Positions 49,766-59,412 of a stretch of 64,000 nt of DNA are shown in pieces; positions within the stretch are counted from its first letter, which is position 1, and each line of letters begins with the position of its first letter. A program made the translations under genes and the position numbers. The notes beneath the pieces are model-generated. The model saw only the letters and a list, made by a program, of their open reading frames with translations. It searched no databases and was not told where the DNA came from. Origin of the DNA: a virus; the IMG/VR virus record IMGVR_UViG_3300005856_000023, positions 1-64,000 of that record; one strand, 5' to 3'.

Positions 49766-50371
49766 ATGAAAGAATTCTTGAGTATAGCAAAACAATTAGT
49801 AGATTTAACAAAAAATGATTCAATTGCAAATCATTTTACTGAATCTGCAGAGAGAGTATCAAAATACTGGACGGAGATCATGCAATTTGCTATTAATAGA
49901 AAAAATTTTGATTCTGATGCAGAATGTATTAAGCATCTACTAACTATCAAAACTTTTGAGGATAATTTTGAAGATGAAGATGTAAGCATGAACAAAAGCA
50001 AAAATTTGCTATTCGTTGGACCTATTAAAGTATATAGTGTATGTGCTCATCATTATGCTCCCATTATAGGTAATGTCTGGTGTGGATACAAGCCACAAAA
50101 CAAAATCATTGGCTTATCAAAATTATCACGTATTGCTAAACTATATGCAAGACAACCCATTGTACAGGAACTATATACTGATGGACTATTTGATTTGCTA
50201 AAGTATTTTACTGAATCGGACAGAATAGTAGTAATAACTTATATGAGACATTTATGTATGGAGTCTAGAGGAATAAACGATACAAACTCCATAACAACAT
50301 ACTACAAACATAATTTAGATGATGCGGAATTCCAAGCATTACTATCTACAATTAAGTTTGAGAAACCATAA
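49766..50371 (+). CDS. folE: GTP cyclohydrolase I
   Basis: SVCAHH, GLSKLSRI, VQE and HLCMESRG motifs. Confidence 0.92.
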   Translation: MKEFLSIAKQLVDLTKNDSIANHFTESAERVSKYWTEIMQFAINRKNFDSDAECIKHLLTIKTFEDNFEDEDVSMNKSKNLLFVGPIKVYSVCAHHYAPIIGNVWCGYKPQNKIIGLSKLSRIAKLYARQPIVQELYTDGLFDLLKYFTESDRIVVITYMRHLCMESRGINDTNSITTYYKHNLDDAEFQALLSTIKFEKP

Positions 50372-50401
50372 CTACCTTACAAGTAATCTAAATTTTTTGT
50401 T

Positions 50402-51460
50402 ATGAGGTTAAGTAGTTTGCTACAAATTAATATTGATCGAATGCTATTGCTAGGACCTCCAGGTATCGGTAAAACATCTATTATTAAGCAGATTGCAATA
50501 TCAGAATCTGAAAAGAGAAATAAAATATTTGTTGATCTGAATGAAAAATTTTCAGCAGATGAGATATTGAAAAATCCAGATAAATACTATGTATACTATA
50601 GGATTATTGCTCCGTATTTTAATAGTGATATCATAGAATTTCCAAAAATTGTTGATGGATATGTTAAATTATTTCCTGTAGAGGTATTTGAAGTATTACA
50701 GAAATGCGAAGGTATACTATTTGTTGATGAGATAACGAATGTTCAAATACCTCATATAAGAACATTGTTCTATTCATTACTTGATTCAAAGGAATTGGGT
50801 AGTCATATAAAATTGAGTCATTTGAAAATTGTAGCGGCTGGGAACAAAATTGAACATTCGGAAGATGCGGAAACATTACCAAAACCATTGAGAAACAGAT
50901 TAATAATTGTTAATGTAGAAGTAGATGCTAATGATTGGCTAAAGTGGTATACATCATCTAATTCATTCAATGAACATGTTGCCGCGTTTATACATGAACA
51001 TCCAGGATATTTGCTATATGATGTTGATCCAAAATATGATGATGGATACACTAATTTTGCATCACCAAGAACATGGGAACGAGTTGGATTATTGCTAAAT
51101 GAAACAAAAGATAATATTGATACAAAAATTAGGAGAGAATTGTTAATGGGATTGTTAGGACCAATTGTAGCTGATAAGTTTGACTCATTCTTAAAATATA
51201 ATGTTGACTATCATAGATTAAAGAATCACTATGAATATTGGAACTCATTACATAGATCACAGAAATTGATGGCAATATTCACGATTGCAGCTAACATCAA
51301 CAAAGAATGGATTAAATTTCTAATGTGGCTAATTGATCATGAACCGGAGATGGTTAAGATTTGTTTGGATAAGGTTAATACAAAACTAGATATGGATATA
51401 GTCAAAGATCTAACAATGCTTAATGTTCAACTATCAAAAAAGATTTCGCTATTGAGATAA
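50402..51460 (+). CDS. MoxR-like AAA+ ATPase
   Basis: GPPGIGKT, LFVDE, AAGN, PLRNR and SPRTW motifs. Confidence 0.88.
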   Translation: MRLSSLLQINIDRMLLLGPPGIGKTSIIKQIAISESEKRNKIFVDLNEKFSADEILKNPDKYYVYYRIIAPYFNSDIIEFPKIVDGYVKLFPVEVFEVLQKCEGILFVDEITNVQIPHIRTLFYSLLDSKELGSHIKLSHLKIVAAGNKIEHSEDAETLPKPLRNRLIIVNVEVDANDWLKWYTSSNSFNEHVAAFIHEHPGYLLYDVDPKYDDGYTNFASPRTWERVGLLLNETKDNIDTKIRRELLMGLLGPIVADKFDSFLKYNVDYHRLKNHYEYWNSLHRSQKLMAIFTIAANINKEWIKFLMWLIDHEPEMVKICLDKVNTKLDMDIVKDLTMLNVQLSKKISLLR

Positions 51461-51832
51461 ATTGATCATTTTTTGCTTCCAGAACTCTATTAAATACTTC
51501 TTTTTAAATATGTGATTTCTGCTAGCATACAATTTCAGAGTATTTTTTATAATCCTCATTGTATATAATTTGAGACTAAAATATTTACCATCGGTTAGAT
51601 ACGAGATTAGCAGCCTATCTTTATAGATTTCAGAGCTCATCATTAATTCCTTTAAGCCAAGCCTGGTAAAATTTGATGCTAATTTATCACCTCCGTAAAC
51701 AGGCAATATATCCACATCGTCAATATCATAAAAGTTATCATCTTTTGCATATTTGATTTGATAGAATTTTTTTGCTTTCTCATGTTGTCCAAATAATATG
51801 TGTGCTGATACCTCCTTATGCTGATCTTGCAT
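51449..51832 (-). CDS. hypothetical protein
   Basis: 127 aa; CTAAATTT-N6-ATG. Confidence 0.7.
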   Translation of the reverse strand: MQDQHKEVSAHILFGQHEKAKKFYQIKYAKDDNFYDIDDVDILPVYGGDKLASNFTRLGLKELMMSSEIYKDRLLISYLTDGKYFSLKLYTMRIIKNTLKLYASRNHIFKKKYLIEFWKQKMINLSQ

Positions 51833-51862
51833 AACAAAAAATTTAGTATAATTGTAAAAAAA

Positions 51863-52897
51863 CTACCATCTTAATTCATTTCTCTTTGCATATGTTTGTG
51901 GTTTCTTTTGGAAGAAATCTGTTTTGGTATTGTTTATTGTCCTAAATTGATCAATCCAAGGTAATGGATTCTCTGTTATATGATATATTGGCTTGAAACC
52001 TAATTGAGTTATCCTCAAGTTAGCCAAATATTTTATATACTTCTCAATCAAATCATTGTTTATACCCAATATTTTGTTTTGCGTTACATATTGTCCCCAT
52101 CTAATTTCGTGATATGTAGCAAACTTAAAATATTCAACAATCCATTTCTCAAGTTCTTTAAATACATCCGGTTGCTCCTCTTTTAGGCTAAGTATTATAT
52201 TGCGAAACAATGTAACATGAGTTAACTCGTCTCTGTTTATGTATTTTATTTGTTGAACTGTGTTTAACATTTTGCCTTGTCTACCAAGTGTATAGAAGAA
52301 TGCAAAACCAGAATAGAAGTATAAGCTCTCAAGTACGTAGTTTGCAATAGTAGCTTTAACAAAGTTTTCAATACTTGGATTGAATCTCAAGTTATCATAA
52401 ATTTCAGCTATGACTTTTATACGTTCCTTCAATACTTCATCCTGTCTCCAGTAGTTGTATATTTCATCTGCTTTGATAGGATCTACAACACTTTCAAGTA
52501 TTAGTTGATAGGAATATGAATGTAGTGCTTCCTGAAACTCCTGTGCTGTTATAGCCATATGCAATTCTGGAGCAGTTAAATATCTTGTGAATTCTTTCAA
52601 ATTAACAACTTGAAAACTATCCAAAGCAATTAGAAAGCTTAACGCTAATTCATATGCTCGCTTCTCAGCTTCTGATAGTGATTTCTCATATTGTTTTTTG
52701 TCATCATTCATAGGTATTTCTTCAGGTATCCAAAAGTTGGTAAAGCCCATAGTCTTGTATAGGTCAAAAGCCCACTGATATTTGACGTTATTAAGTTCCA
52801 TAATGTTAGTTGTATTTCCGCCAATGATGCATCTGGCATTAATATTTCTTTCTCCAAATTCGTTAAATATTTTTGTTGGATTTAAATGTTTTTCCAT
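51863..52897 (-). CDS. nrdB: class I ribonucleotide reductase beta subunit
   Basis: FWIPEEI, LDS, QEALHSYSY, LESLYFYSGF and RDELTH motifs. Confidence 0.93.
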   Translation of the reverse strand: MEKHLNPTKIFNEFGERNINARCIIGGNTTNIMELNNVKYQWAFDLYKTMGFTNFWIPEEIPMNDDKKQYEKSLSEAEKRAYELALSFLIALDSFQVVNLKEFTRYLTAPELHMAITAQEFQEALHSYSYQLILESVVDPIKADEIYNYWRQDEVLKERIKVIAEIYDNLRFNPSIENFVKATIANYVLESLYFYSGFAFFYTLGRQGKMLNTVQQIKYINRDELTHVTLFRNIILSLKEEQPDVFKELEKWIVEYFKFATYHEIRWGQYVTQNKILGINNDLIEKYIKYLANLRITQLGFKPIYHITENPLPWIDQFRTINNTKTDFFQKKPQTYAKRNELRW

Positions 52898-52929
52898 AGT
52901 GATAAATTTAGCATAGGTGTAAAAAAATG

Positions 52930-53226
52930 TTAAAACTTCATTCTTCTTAATTTCAAAATACACTTCGGATGTACTTCATGCATGTAAAATTCAACAATTT
53001 TATTCTCTTTTTCCAATTCGCGTGGAATAAATTTTACTGGGACATAAAATAATTTTGGAGTTATTTGTAATTTAATCACATCTGAATTGTAATGTACGAG
53101 ATAGTTGGTATCATTTTTAAATACCATAATTTCAATTGATACAGATCCTGGTATCAATTCTTTCATGACAGCAGAAATTAAATCGTAATTTAGAATTCCT
53201 TCCTTGTCGTATATAAACACTTCCAT
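52930..53226 (-). CDS. hypothetical protein
   Basis: 98 aa; CTAAATTT-N6-ATG. Confidence 0.65.
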   Translation of the reverse strand: MEVFIYDKEGILNYDLISAVMKELIPGSVSIEIMVFKNDTNYLVHYNSDVIKLQITPKLFYVPVKFIPRELEKENKIVEFYMHEVHPKCILKLRRMKF

Positions 53227-53256
53227 GTTTATAAATTTAGATTGGTTGTAAAAAAA

Positions 53257-53841
53257 TTAAACTAATCTAAATAAACTGTAGCTATCATATCTTCCAATCA
53301 ATATTATATGTTCATCATCTGCATATATGTCGATTACCTCTGGATCAAAGTCAAGTATTGTGTTTAATGGAACTTCTAATTTTGTTTCTGCATCCAGATA
53401 TATTTCTGATTCAAAATCAATCGTTGAACATACTATTTTATCATTTTCAATGTTTACATTCAATCCTTTCATAACAGAAGTTAGTTCATAAACCTTGCTT
53501 AGAATACCTGTATCAATTCTATAGTTGTACACATTGTTGGTATATAGATTTATAATCTTCTTGAGCAAATCATTTTTATCTTCATTTTTCATTACAGTGA
53601 ATTTAAACTTTCCAAAATTTGTTTCAATTACTAACTCATTTGAATCATAATTTACAGCAATGTTTTTGATTGCATCTTTCTCAAGAATTTGTAGTGGAGT
53701 GTAATTAACAATTGAACAGTTGGGTAGAAAATCATTTGCTCCGACTAATACAAAATCATTGTTGTAAGCATACATAATATTATCATCAATTGTAATAAAG
53801 AATGCTCCAATTTTAGTTGCCGTCTTAATGAATTCCTTCAT
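53257..53841 (-). CDS. hypothetical protein, possibly sliding-clamp-like
   Basis: 194 aa acidic alpha/beta protein next to RecA; the fold guess is weak. Confidence 0.5.
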   Translation of the reverse strand: MKEFIKTATKIGAFFITIDDNIMYAYNNDFVLVGANDFLPNCSIVNYTPLQILEKDAIKNIAVNYDSNELVIETNFGKFKFTVMKNEDKNDLLKKIINLYTNNVYNYRIDTGILSKVYELTSVMKGLNVNIENDKIVCSTIDFESEIYLDAETKLEVPLNTILDFDPEVIDIYADDEHIILIGRYDSYSLFRLV

Positions 53842-53872
53842 TTTAATAAATTTAGCCTGGTTGCATAAAAAA

Positions 53873-54985
53873 TCATATATCTATATCCAATTCATCAAGT
53901 TGATGATTTTTCTTTTTTGTTTTTTTGTTTATGTCTGTATCCTCTATTGATAATACATCTTCAGTTTTCTGCATATTAGCGAGTATGTCCATTTCTGTTT
54001 GACTATCAGAAACATTATCTTCAAACATATATGGTTTGACTAATATCTCGTATGTACTATTGTTAATTAAGTTATCAAGCTGTTCTCTGAACTTTGTATC
54101 ATTTTTGTATAGAGTTATAACATCTTTTATTAATAAACCTTTGTCTGTAAATGGAAACTTTAATCTTCCTTGTTTTGATTCAATTACATTATAATCAACT
54201 AGAAATTGTAATGATGATAGCAAATCAAAGAACCCGTATTTATCGGAGAATGCTATTTTTACATTTTTTCCACTAGTAAACAATCTGTTCTTTATAATAC
54301 CAACCTCGACGAATCTTATTTGAACATTACCTGCTAACTCTTTTGTTTCTTTTGCTATTAGATACAGCATTTGATTTGCTGCGTACAGTAATGCAGCTCC
54401 ACCCGGTATCCTGTATTTTCCCTTTATTGTCAGTAACCCAGTTGTTCCAAAGGGAGTTAAACTTATGTTCTCTTTCATGTGAGCAGTTATAACAACGGTT
54501 AGATTATAGTCAATTTTATATCTAAACAGTTTGTTTATTAGTCTGGTTAACAGATTTGCTTTTATACCTAGTGCTATACTATCTGTTAGTGAACTAAATT
54601 CTTGTTTCGTTGATAGTGCTGATATACTATCTATAACTAACAAAGTTTTCTTATCTTGTAATTTCGGTAATAATTCTGATTCAATTGCTTCATCCAATTC
54701 TTCTATAGTTGGAGCATATTGTATGAGATCATTCAAATCTAATCCAAATGCTTTAGCTCTTGTTTCTGTTACAGCAATTTCTGTGTCCAAATAGAATATT
54801 TGATAACCCTGCTTCTTAAATTGTGATGCAATTTGAATAGATAATTGTGTCTTACCTGCACCCGGAGTTCCTACGATCAGTACTATTCCTCTTTCTTCTA
54901 TTCCACCTCCTAATATACTATCCAATACTTTAATTTGAGTGGGTATAATTCTTCTCTCTACAAATCTACCTGTTTTTGTAAACAT
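53873..54985 (-). CDS. RecA/UvsX-like recombinase
   Basis: LDSILGGGI, GTPGAGKT, LDTE, VIDSI, PGG and KNR motifs. Confidence 0.9.
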   Translation of the reverse strand: MFTKTGRFVERRIIPTQIKVLDSILGGGIEERGIVLIVGTPGAGKTQLSIQIASQFKKQGYQIFYLDTEIAVTETRAKAFGLDLNDLIQYAPTIEELDEAIESELLPKLQDKKTLLVIDSISALSTKQEFSSLTDSIALGIKANLLTRLINKLFRYKIDYNLTVVITAHMKENISLTPFGTTGLLTIKGKYRIPGGAALLYAANQMLYLIAKETKELAGNVQIRFVEVGIIKNRLFTSGKNVKIAFSDKYGFFDLLSSLQFLVDYNVIESKQGRLKFPFTDKGLLIKDVITLYKNDTKFREQLDNLINNSTYEILVKPYMFEDNVSDSQTEMDILANMQKTEDVLSIEDTDINKKTKKKNHQLDELDIDI

Positions 54986-55007
54986 AAACAAAAATTTAGA
55001 CTGAGTG

Positions 55008-56282
55008 CTAAACACTAATTGTTAGTTTATCTCTACTAATATGTACAAACAATTTAACATTAATTAATCTATTGTAGATATTAAATGTAAACAAAAGTTC
55101 AATGTATACTAAACCAAGTGCTTCCACATGTTCTATGTTTAGTATTTGAAAATCTTGTACAATTTCTTTCAGATACAAATTTATATCATTTACGGATGCA
55201 TTAAGCGCATCCAAAACCCTATTTATACTAAGCGAATGTAGAGCCCTTAATAAATAGACTCTTAATATTTTCTTCAAAATAGATATTCCTGCTATGAAGT
55301 ATTCTTGATAAAATTTGTGCTTGTGTGTGTAAAGATAATCTGTTAATACATCTTCAGCAATTAACCGAGTTGTATATGTATTCGGATCAATTAAATACTT
55401 AAAATCAACATGATCAACTGTTAAAGTTTTTTGTTGTAATCTTGCTTGTAGTAACAGAGCATAGTATATGTAAGACAATAAAATATCTTTATCTCTAAAG
55501 TAAGGAAGGTAATTAAATTGAAAGACTTCATGTGTCAAAGAATCATTATCTAGTCTGCGTAAAGCAAATAGGTATTCCTTCTGATTCACTTCAGGATAAT
55601 GATGTGAAGCATAAACAACAAAACCAGAACCGTAAACTTCCTTATATTCATAGTATAGTTTGTTTAGCCAATCGTTTATAATAGGTATTTGTTCTGCATC
55701 TAATTGTTCAGGTAAAACTATAAATGTAATATCATGACCAGCTGTTAATGTTCTGTGCAAGTTATATAATAAATCTTCAAGCTGAATCACCTCAATTGTA
55801 TAAGTTAAAGCTTGATCATCCAAATCATTTATGTTTATGTTATTTAAACTTTCCCTATCTATAAAAAATGCATCCGTGATATCTCTGTGATTTGTGTAAT
55901 CAATCAATCTTAATTGAGATGATAATATCTTTGCTCTTATGTTAAGATCTGCTGGTAAAGTTCTTATTGAGTATGCAATAGTTTGATTACTTATTGATAG
56001 TTTGTAGTAGACTACTGTGCTTGTTCTTGTTTCTGGTAGAACATACACATAGAAGGGTAAGTTGTTACTTGCTAACTTCCAAGCAACAAAATAAGAACTG
56101 TAGCTATTACTATTAATTATCTCAATGGGAATTTTACTTACTAATTTATTCAAACTATTAACAAAGATTAAATCTTTTGTGTATGCTTTACCCTTAACAA
56201 AAATAATAGTTGTTAGCGGATCAAATTTTGGTTCTTCTACTTTTTCTTCTATAAATGTGTTAAGCTGCAAAGCATAAAACAT
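55008..56282 (-). CDS. divergent tail-sheath-like protein
   Basis: N-terminal KG...IFVNS and C-terminal helix-helix-strand pattern echo the sheath; AGC-N10-ATG. Confidence 0.45.
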   Translation of the reverse strand: MFYALQLNTFIEEKVEEPKFDPLTTIIFVKGKAYTKDLIFVNSLNKLVSKIPIEIINSNSYSSYFVAWKLASNNLPFYVYVLPETRTSTVVYYKLSISNQTIAYSIRTLPADLNIRAKILSSQLRLIDYTNHRDITDAFFIDRESLNNININDLDDQALTYTIEVIQLEDLLYNLHRTLTAGHDITFIVLPEQLDAEQIPIINDWLNKLYYEYKEVYGSGFVVYASHHYPEVNQKEYLFALRRLDNDSLTHEVFQFNYLPYFRDKDILLSYIYYALLLQARLQQKTLTVDHVDFKYLIDPNTYTTRLIAEDVLTDYLYTHKHKFYQEYFIAGISILKKILRVYLLRALHSLSINRVLDALNASVNDINLYLKEIVQDFQILNIEHVEALGLVYIELLFTFNIYNRLINVKLFVHISRDKLTISV

Positions 56283-56304
56283 TTATTTGTTAGCTCAAGT
56301 CAAA
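56283..56304. promoter_or_regulatory. single palindromic AGCT serving two divergent genes
   Basis: AGCT at 56292-56295 gives AGC-N10-ATG on both strands. Confidence 0.6.
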
Positions 56305-56523
56305 ATGCTTTTCACAGAAATGCAAATATACCTTGACTTAAACAATGAAGAGGTTATCACTTTACCTTCATACACTATATATCAATACAGACCTGAGATC
56401 ATGGCTTTAAGAGAAAAAAATATAGTTTATCATGATCAGATAAATGATTACATAAAGTTTAACATACTAATAAATACGAAGAAGAAGTTTATATCTGATC
56501 TTGAATTTGTAGATAGATTTTAA
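56305..56523 (+). CDS. small baseplate protein (gp53/LysM-like)
   Basis: YRPEIMA motif; AGC-N10-ATG. Confidence 0.45.
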   Translation: MLFTEMQIYLDLNNEEVITLPSYTIYQYRPEIMALREKNIVYHDQINDYIKFNILINTKKKFISDLEFVDRF

Positions 56524-56551
56524 CAGAATTCAAGCAAGAAGTGGAAGTAGT

Positions 56552-56941
56552 TCACTCCAAATCAACGCCAAATCTAAAGGCCACGTAGTAATGTAGAAGT
56601 TTTGTGTATATGAGATCTAAAACTAATGCTTCACTTCCAAAACATTCAATTAAAATATCGTATGTTTCCTCGTTTATAACATTTTTAAAGTTACGAGTTA
56701 ATCTTACTATCTCGTTTGATACATATGATTCAAAATCTACAAAATTACCGACTATTGTATCATTAAATTGTGATAGAGCCAAAGCATTAGCTATACAATA
56801 ATTTTCTACTATCTCCATACAAATTTGTTTTTTAAAATTGTCATCCATGTACATTTCCAATTCATATTCTTGATCTATATCCTCATCTACAAAATCATTA
56901 GTTTTGTCTCTCATAAAGATTTTTTTTAGCCAATCAAACAT
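56552..56941 (-). CDS. acidic hypothetical protein
   Basis: ATG at 56941 with AGC-N10 and AGGAG. Confidence 0.65.
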   Translation of the reverse strand: MFDWLKKIFMRDKTNDFVDEDIDQEYELEMYMDDNFKKQICMEIVENYCIANALALSQFNDTIVGNFVDFESYVSNEIVRLTRNFKNVINEETYDILIECFGSEALVLDLIYTKLLHYYVAFRFGVDLE

Positions 56942-56973
56942 ACTCCTAACAGCTGTTACAAAAAAATAAAAAA

Positions 56974-57633
56974 CTAACATTTAGCGACGCTAGGGAATAA
57001 TTTATCACGATAATATAATCCTTTCGGATCCCACTTTGGATTAAAACAAGGAACTGCTGCTACATATCTGAACGATACACTGAACTGAGCTAAATCAGTT
57101 GCAGATACGTCTCCTGCTATAGCATCATTCGATATTGATTCTGGGTAAACATTGTAGAATATGATTTTCAAATCTATTGCAGATAGGTCTGGTATTAGGT
57201 AATAGATTGTTAATCTACCAGACATTTTTGGTGGATCATAGTATATGGCTTTGCCTGAGAAGTCATCCCAAGTTTTTCTCCAAAGCAAGAAGAAATCTCT
57301 AGCAGAAGGTTTTCTTGTTTCCAGAAATTGTAAGGTTATGGTTCCTGGCTCTTCATGCTTAGGAGCAGATATAGCATATCTACCACCATACACTTGTTGC
57401 TTTGCATAAGTAGATCTCGGTATCCAGTCTGAAATAGATATGGTTCTAGCAGCTAGTTTTACACCAAAATCTTTGTCACCACCATATTTTGTTATGTAGT
57501 TAAATAAATCTCTATTAACATCTGGAACTATTCTTGGTAATTCTATTACAGCGAATGCAAAATTTGTTGTGGGTATTATGTCTGGTTCTGTTATTGATTT
57601 CTTTAATCCTGTCGCACCTGGAACATAAGGCAT
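56974..57633 (-). CDS. tail tube protein (T4 gp19-like)
   Basis: GTITLQFLE...W...YNVYPESI...QFSVSFRY pattern. Confidence 0.75.
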   Translation of the reverse strand: MPYVPGATGLKKSITEPDIIPTTNFAFAVIELPRIVPDVNRDLFNYITKYGGDKDFGVKLAARTISISDWIPRSTYAKQQVYGGRYAISAPKHEEPGTITLQFLETRKPSARDFFLLWRKTWDDFSGKAIYYDPPKMSGRLTIYYLIPDLSAIDLKIIFYNVYPESISNDAIAGDVSATDLAQFSVSFRYVAAVPCFNPKWDPKGLYYRDKLFPSVAKC

Positions 57634-57696
57634 AAAGAATTTATGCTTTTGAGATCACAATATATCAAATTACTCAACCACTCTAAATTTTAGAGT

Positions 57697-58299
57697 ATGC
57701 GTATAGTAATAGATGGACTTTCAAAAATTGGTAAATCATTTCTATTCAATGAACTTATGAAATATACAAAAAAGATTATATTCATAGAACCCAAGTACAA
57801 TGAATGTGAGTTACAAAATTTACCAATAATTGATAGGCAGAAAAAATTTATTGAGACATATTCCAAAATTACAAAAAATGCAATGAAATTTAATTCATTT
57901 GTAATGTATAGAAGTATTGTATCCGTTGATGTTTATAACACTCATTATTTCAAACTTAGATTGAAGGATGATATTGATAACAATAGTATTTTGAATAACA
58001 TAGCTATTCTACAAAAGTTATCACCATTAGTTATATTTCTGCACTGTTCAGATATTAACATTTTGAAAGACATTTATTACTACATGATTTATAATGTTCC
58101 ATCAGAAAGCATGTTCTTCAAATCACTAAAATCATTCACAGAAGATAATCTTGAGATAGGTTATAAGTTGCTAGAAAGTTACAATAAGTTTATGTTTACA
58201 ACTAAAATTTATGATTTAAAAGATTTCTATAATGGTAATGTGGTAGATTCTTTTACAAAGAGAAATGAATCAATTTTGAAAGATATTCTGTTAAAGTAA
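57697..58299 (+). CDS. P-loop deoxynucleoside monophosphate kinase-like protein
   Basis: N-terminal IVIDGLSKIGKS, then EP and YRS. Confidence 0.7.
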   Translation: MRIVIDGLSKIGKSFLFNELMKYTKKIIFIEPKYNECELQNLPIIDRQKKFIETYSKITKNAMKFNSFVMYRSIVSVDVYNTHYFKLRLKDDIDNNSILNNIAILQKLSPLVIFLHCSDINILKDIYYYMIYNVPSESMFFKSLKSFTEDNLEIGYKLLESYNKFMFTTKIYDLKDFYNGNVVDSFTKRNESILKDILLK

Positions 58300-58402
58300 A
58301 AGTTTTTTGATGATTCAAAGTATACACAAAAAAACAAATTGCTTACTATAAAATATTTCTCGTAGATCTTATTTGTATTACCATTAAGCACAATTGTAAA
58401 GT

Positions 58403-58746
58403 ATGGCTTGGACTTGGATAGAAAACGGAAATATTTGTTTCCGATTCAAAGGATATAGCTACGAAAGATATAGCAATTGAAGTTCCTGATGGAACTCTAC
58501 CACAAGATTTAACAATTGAGAATGGAAATATAGTTTTCAAAACCGAAGCAAAGAAAACTCGCAGAACTCAAGAACTATGTTGCAACATTGCTTGTTCAAA
58601 CTGATTATGTAATTGTAAAGATTGCAGAAGCAGAAGTTATCGGAGACATGGATACAGTAGCACAGCTTAAACAGAAATATACAACTCAACTCCAACAGAG
58701 AGAAACAATACGAGCTTGAAGTGAGCAGATGAAGCAAGCAATGTAA
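58403..58746 (+). pseudogene. disrupted gene resembling a tail-fibre assembly/chaperone protein
   Basis: MAWTWIENGN / IFVSDSKD...EVPDGTLPQDLTIENGNIVFKTEA / KLAELKNYVATLLVQTDYVIVKIAEA...QQRETIRA*SEQMKQAM across three frames; TGA at 58717. Confidence 0.55.
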
Positions 58747-58831
58747 TTTTGCAGACGGGCAGGGTGTTCCACTTTTTTTGTCAAATTACAAGTAGTTAAC
58801 CTACTAACATTAACTAGATTAAGATAAAAAA

Positions 58832-59380
58832 TTACACTGCCACTTTTCCACTAGTCCAATCAAGTAAATGCACTTTTATATCTTTTTTTGTTGATTTCAA
58901 ATACTTTTCAAAATCCAAATCATATAAAAGATATGTATGCCAAGCATCCAATCTATCAATATAGGGTAATTTATCTCTTATAATCTCGAAAACTTTTAGT
59001 TGTTCAAAATCTATTTGTTTTTGCTCAAGGTTCCTAAAATCAATATTCTCCTGATAAGCTCTAAACAATATCTCAGGATCAATTAATTTCTCACTATCAG
59101 TGTATTGCAATCCATACTTTAATATGTATGGAATTAAATCCAATTGTTCATTTGTAATTGCTTTGTATAGAATTTTGAAGATGGTTTGATTAGTTAGAAT
59201 ATAGTATGCTAACAATATTCTGGCTATGCTTGTTTGCATATTTTGCTTAATTGATTCAAAAACAATAGGAATTTTACTTTCATCTTTAACTATCAATAGT
59301 GTTATAATTTGTAGTAATGTAGCAAATGGATTTGTTGTAACTGAATTCAGACTTGTTCCATATCTTTGTTTTATGTTCAT
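58832..59380 (-). CDS. hypothetical protein
   Basis: CTAAATTT-N6-ATG at 59380. Confidence 0.7.
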   Translation of the reverse strand: MNIKQRYGTSLNSVTTNPFATLLQIITLLIVKDESKIPIVFESIKQNMQTSIARILLAYYILTNQTIFKILYKAITNEQLDLIPYILKYGLQYTDSEKLIDPEILFRAYQENIDFRNLEQKQIDFEQLKVFEIIRDKLPYIDRLDAWHTYLLYDLDFEKYLKSTKKDIKVHLLDWTSGKVAV

Positions 59381-59412
59381 AATCATAAATTTAGATTAGA
59401 TGCAAAAAAACA

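Noticed and set aside
58346-58737. Two minus-strand ORFs in the track
   Set aside because: Better explained as the antisense of the plus-strand pseudogene
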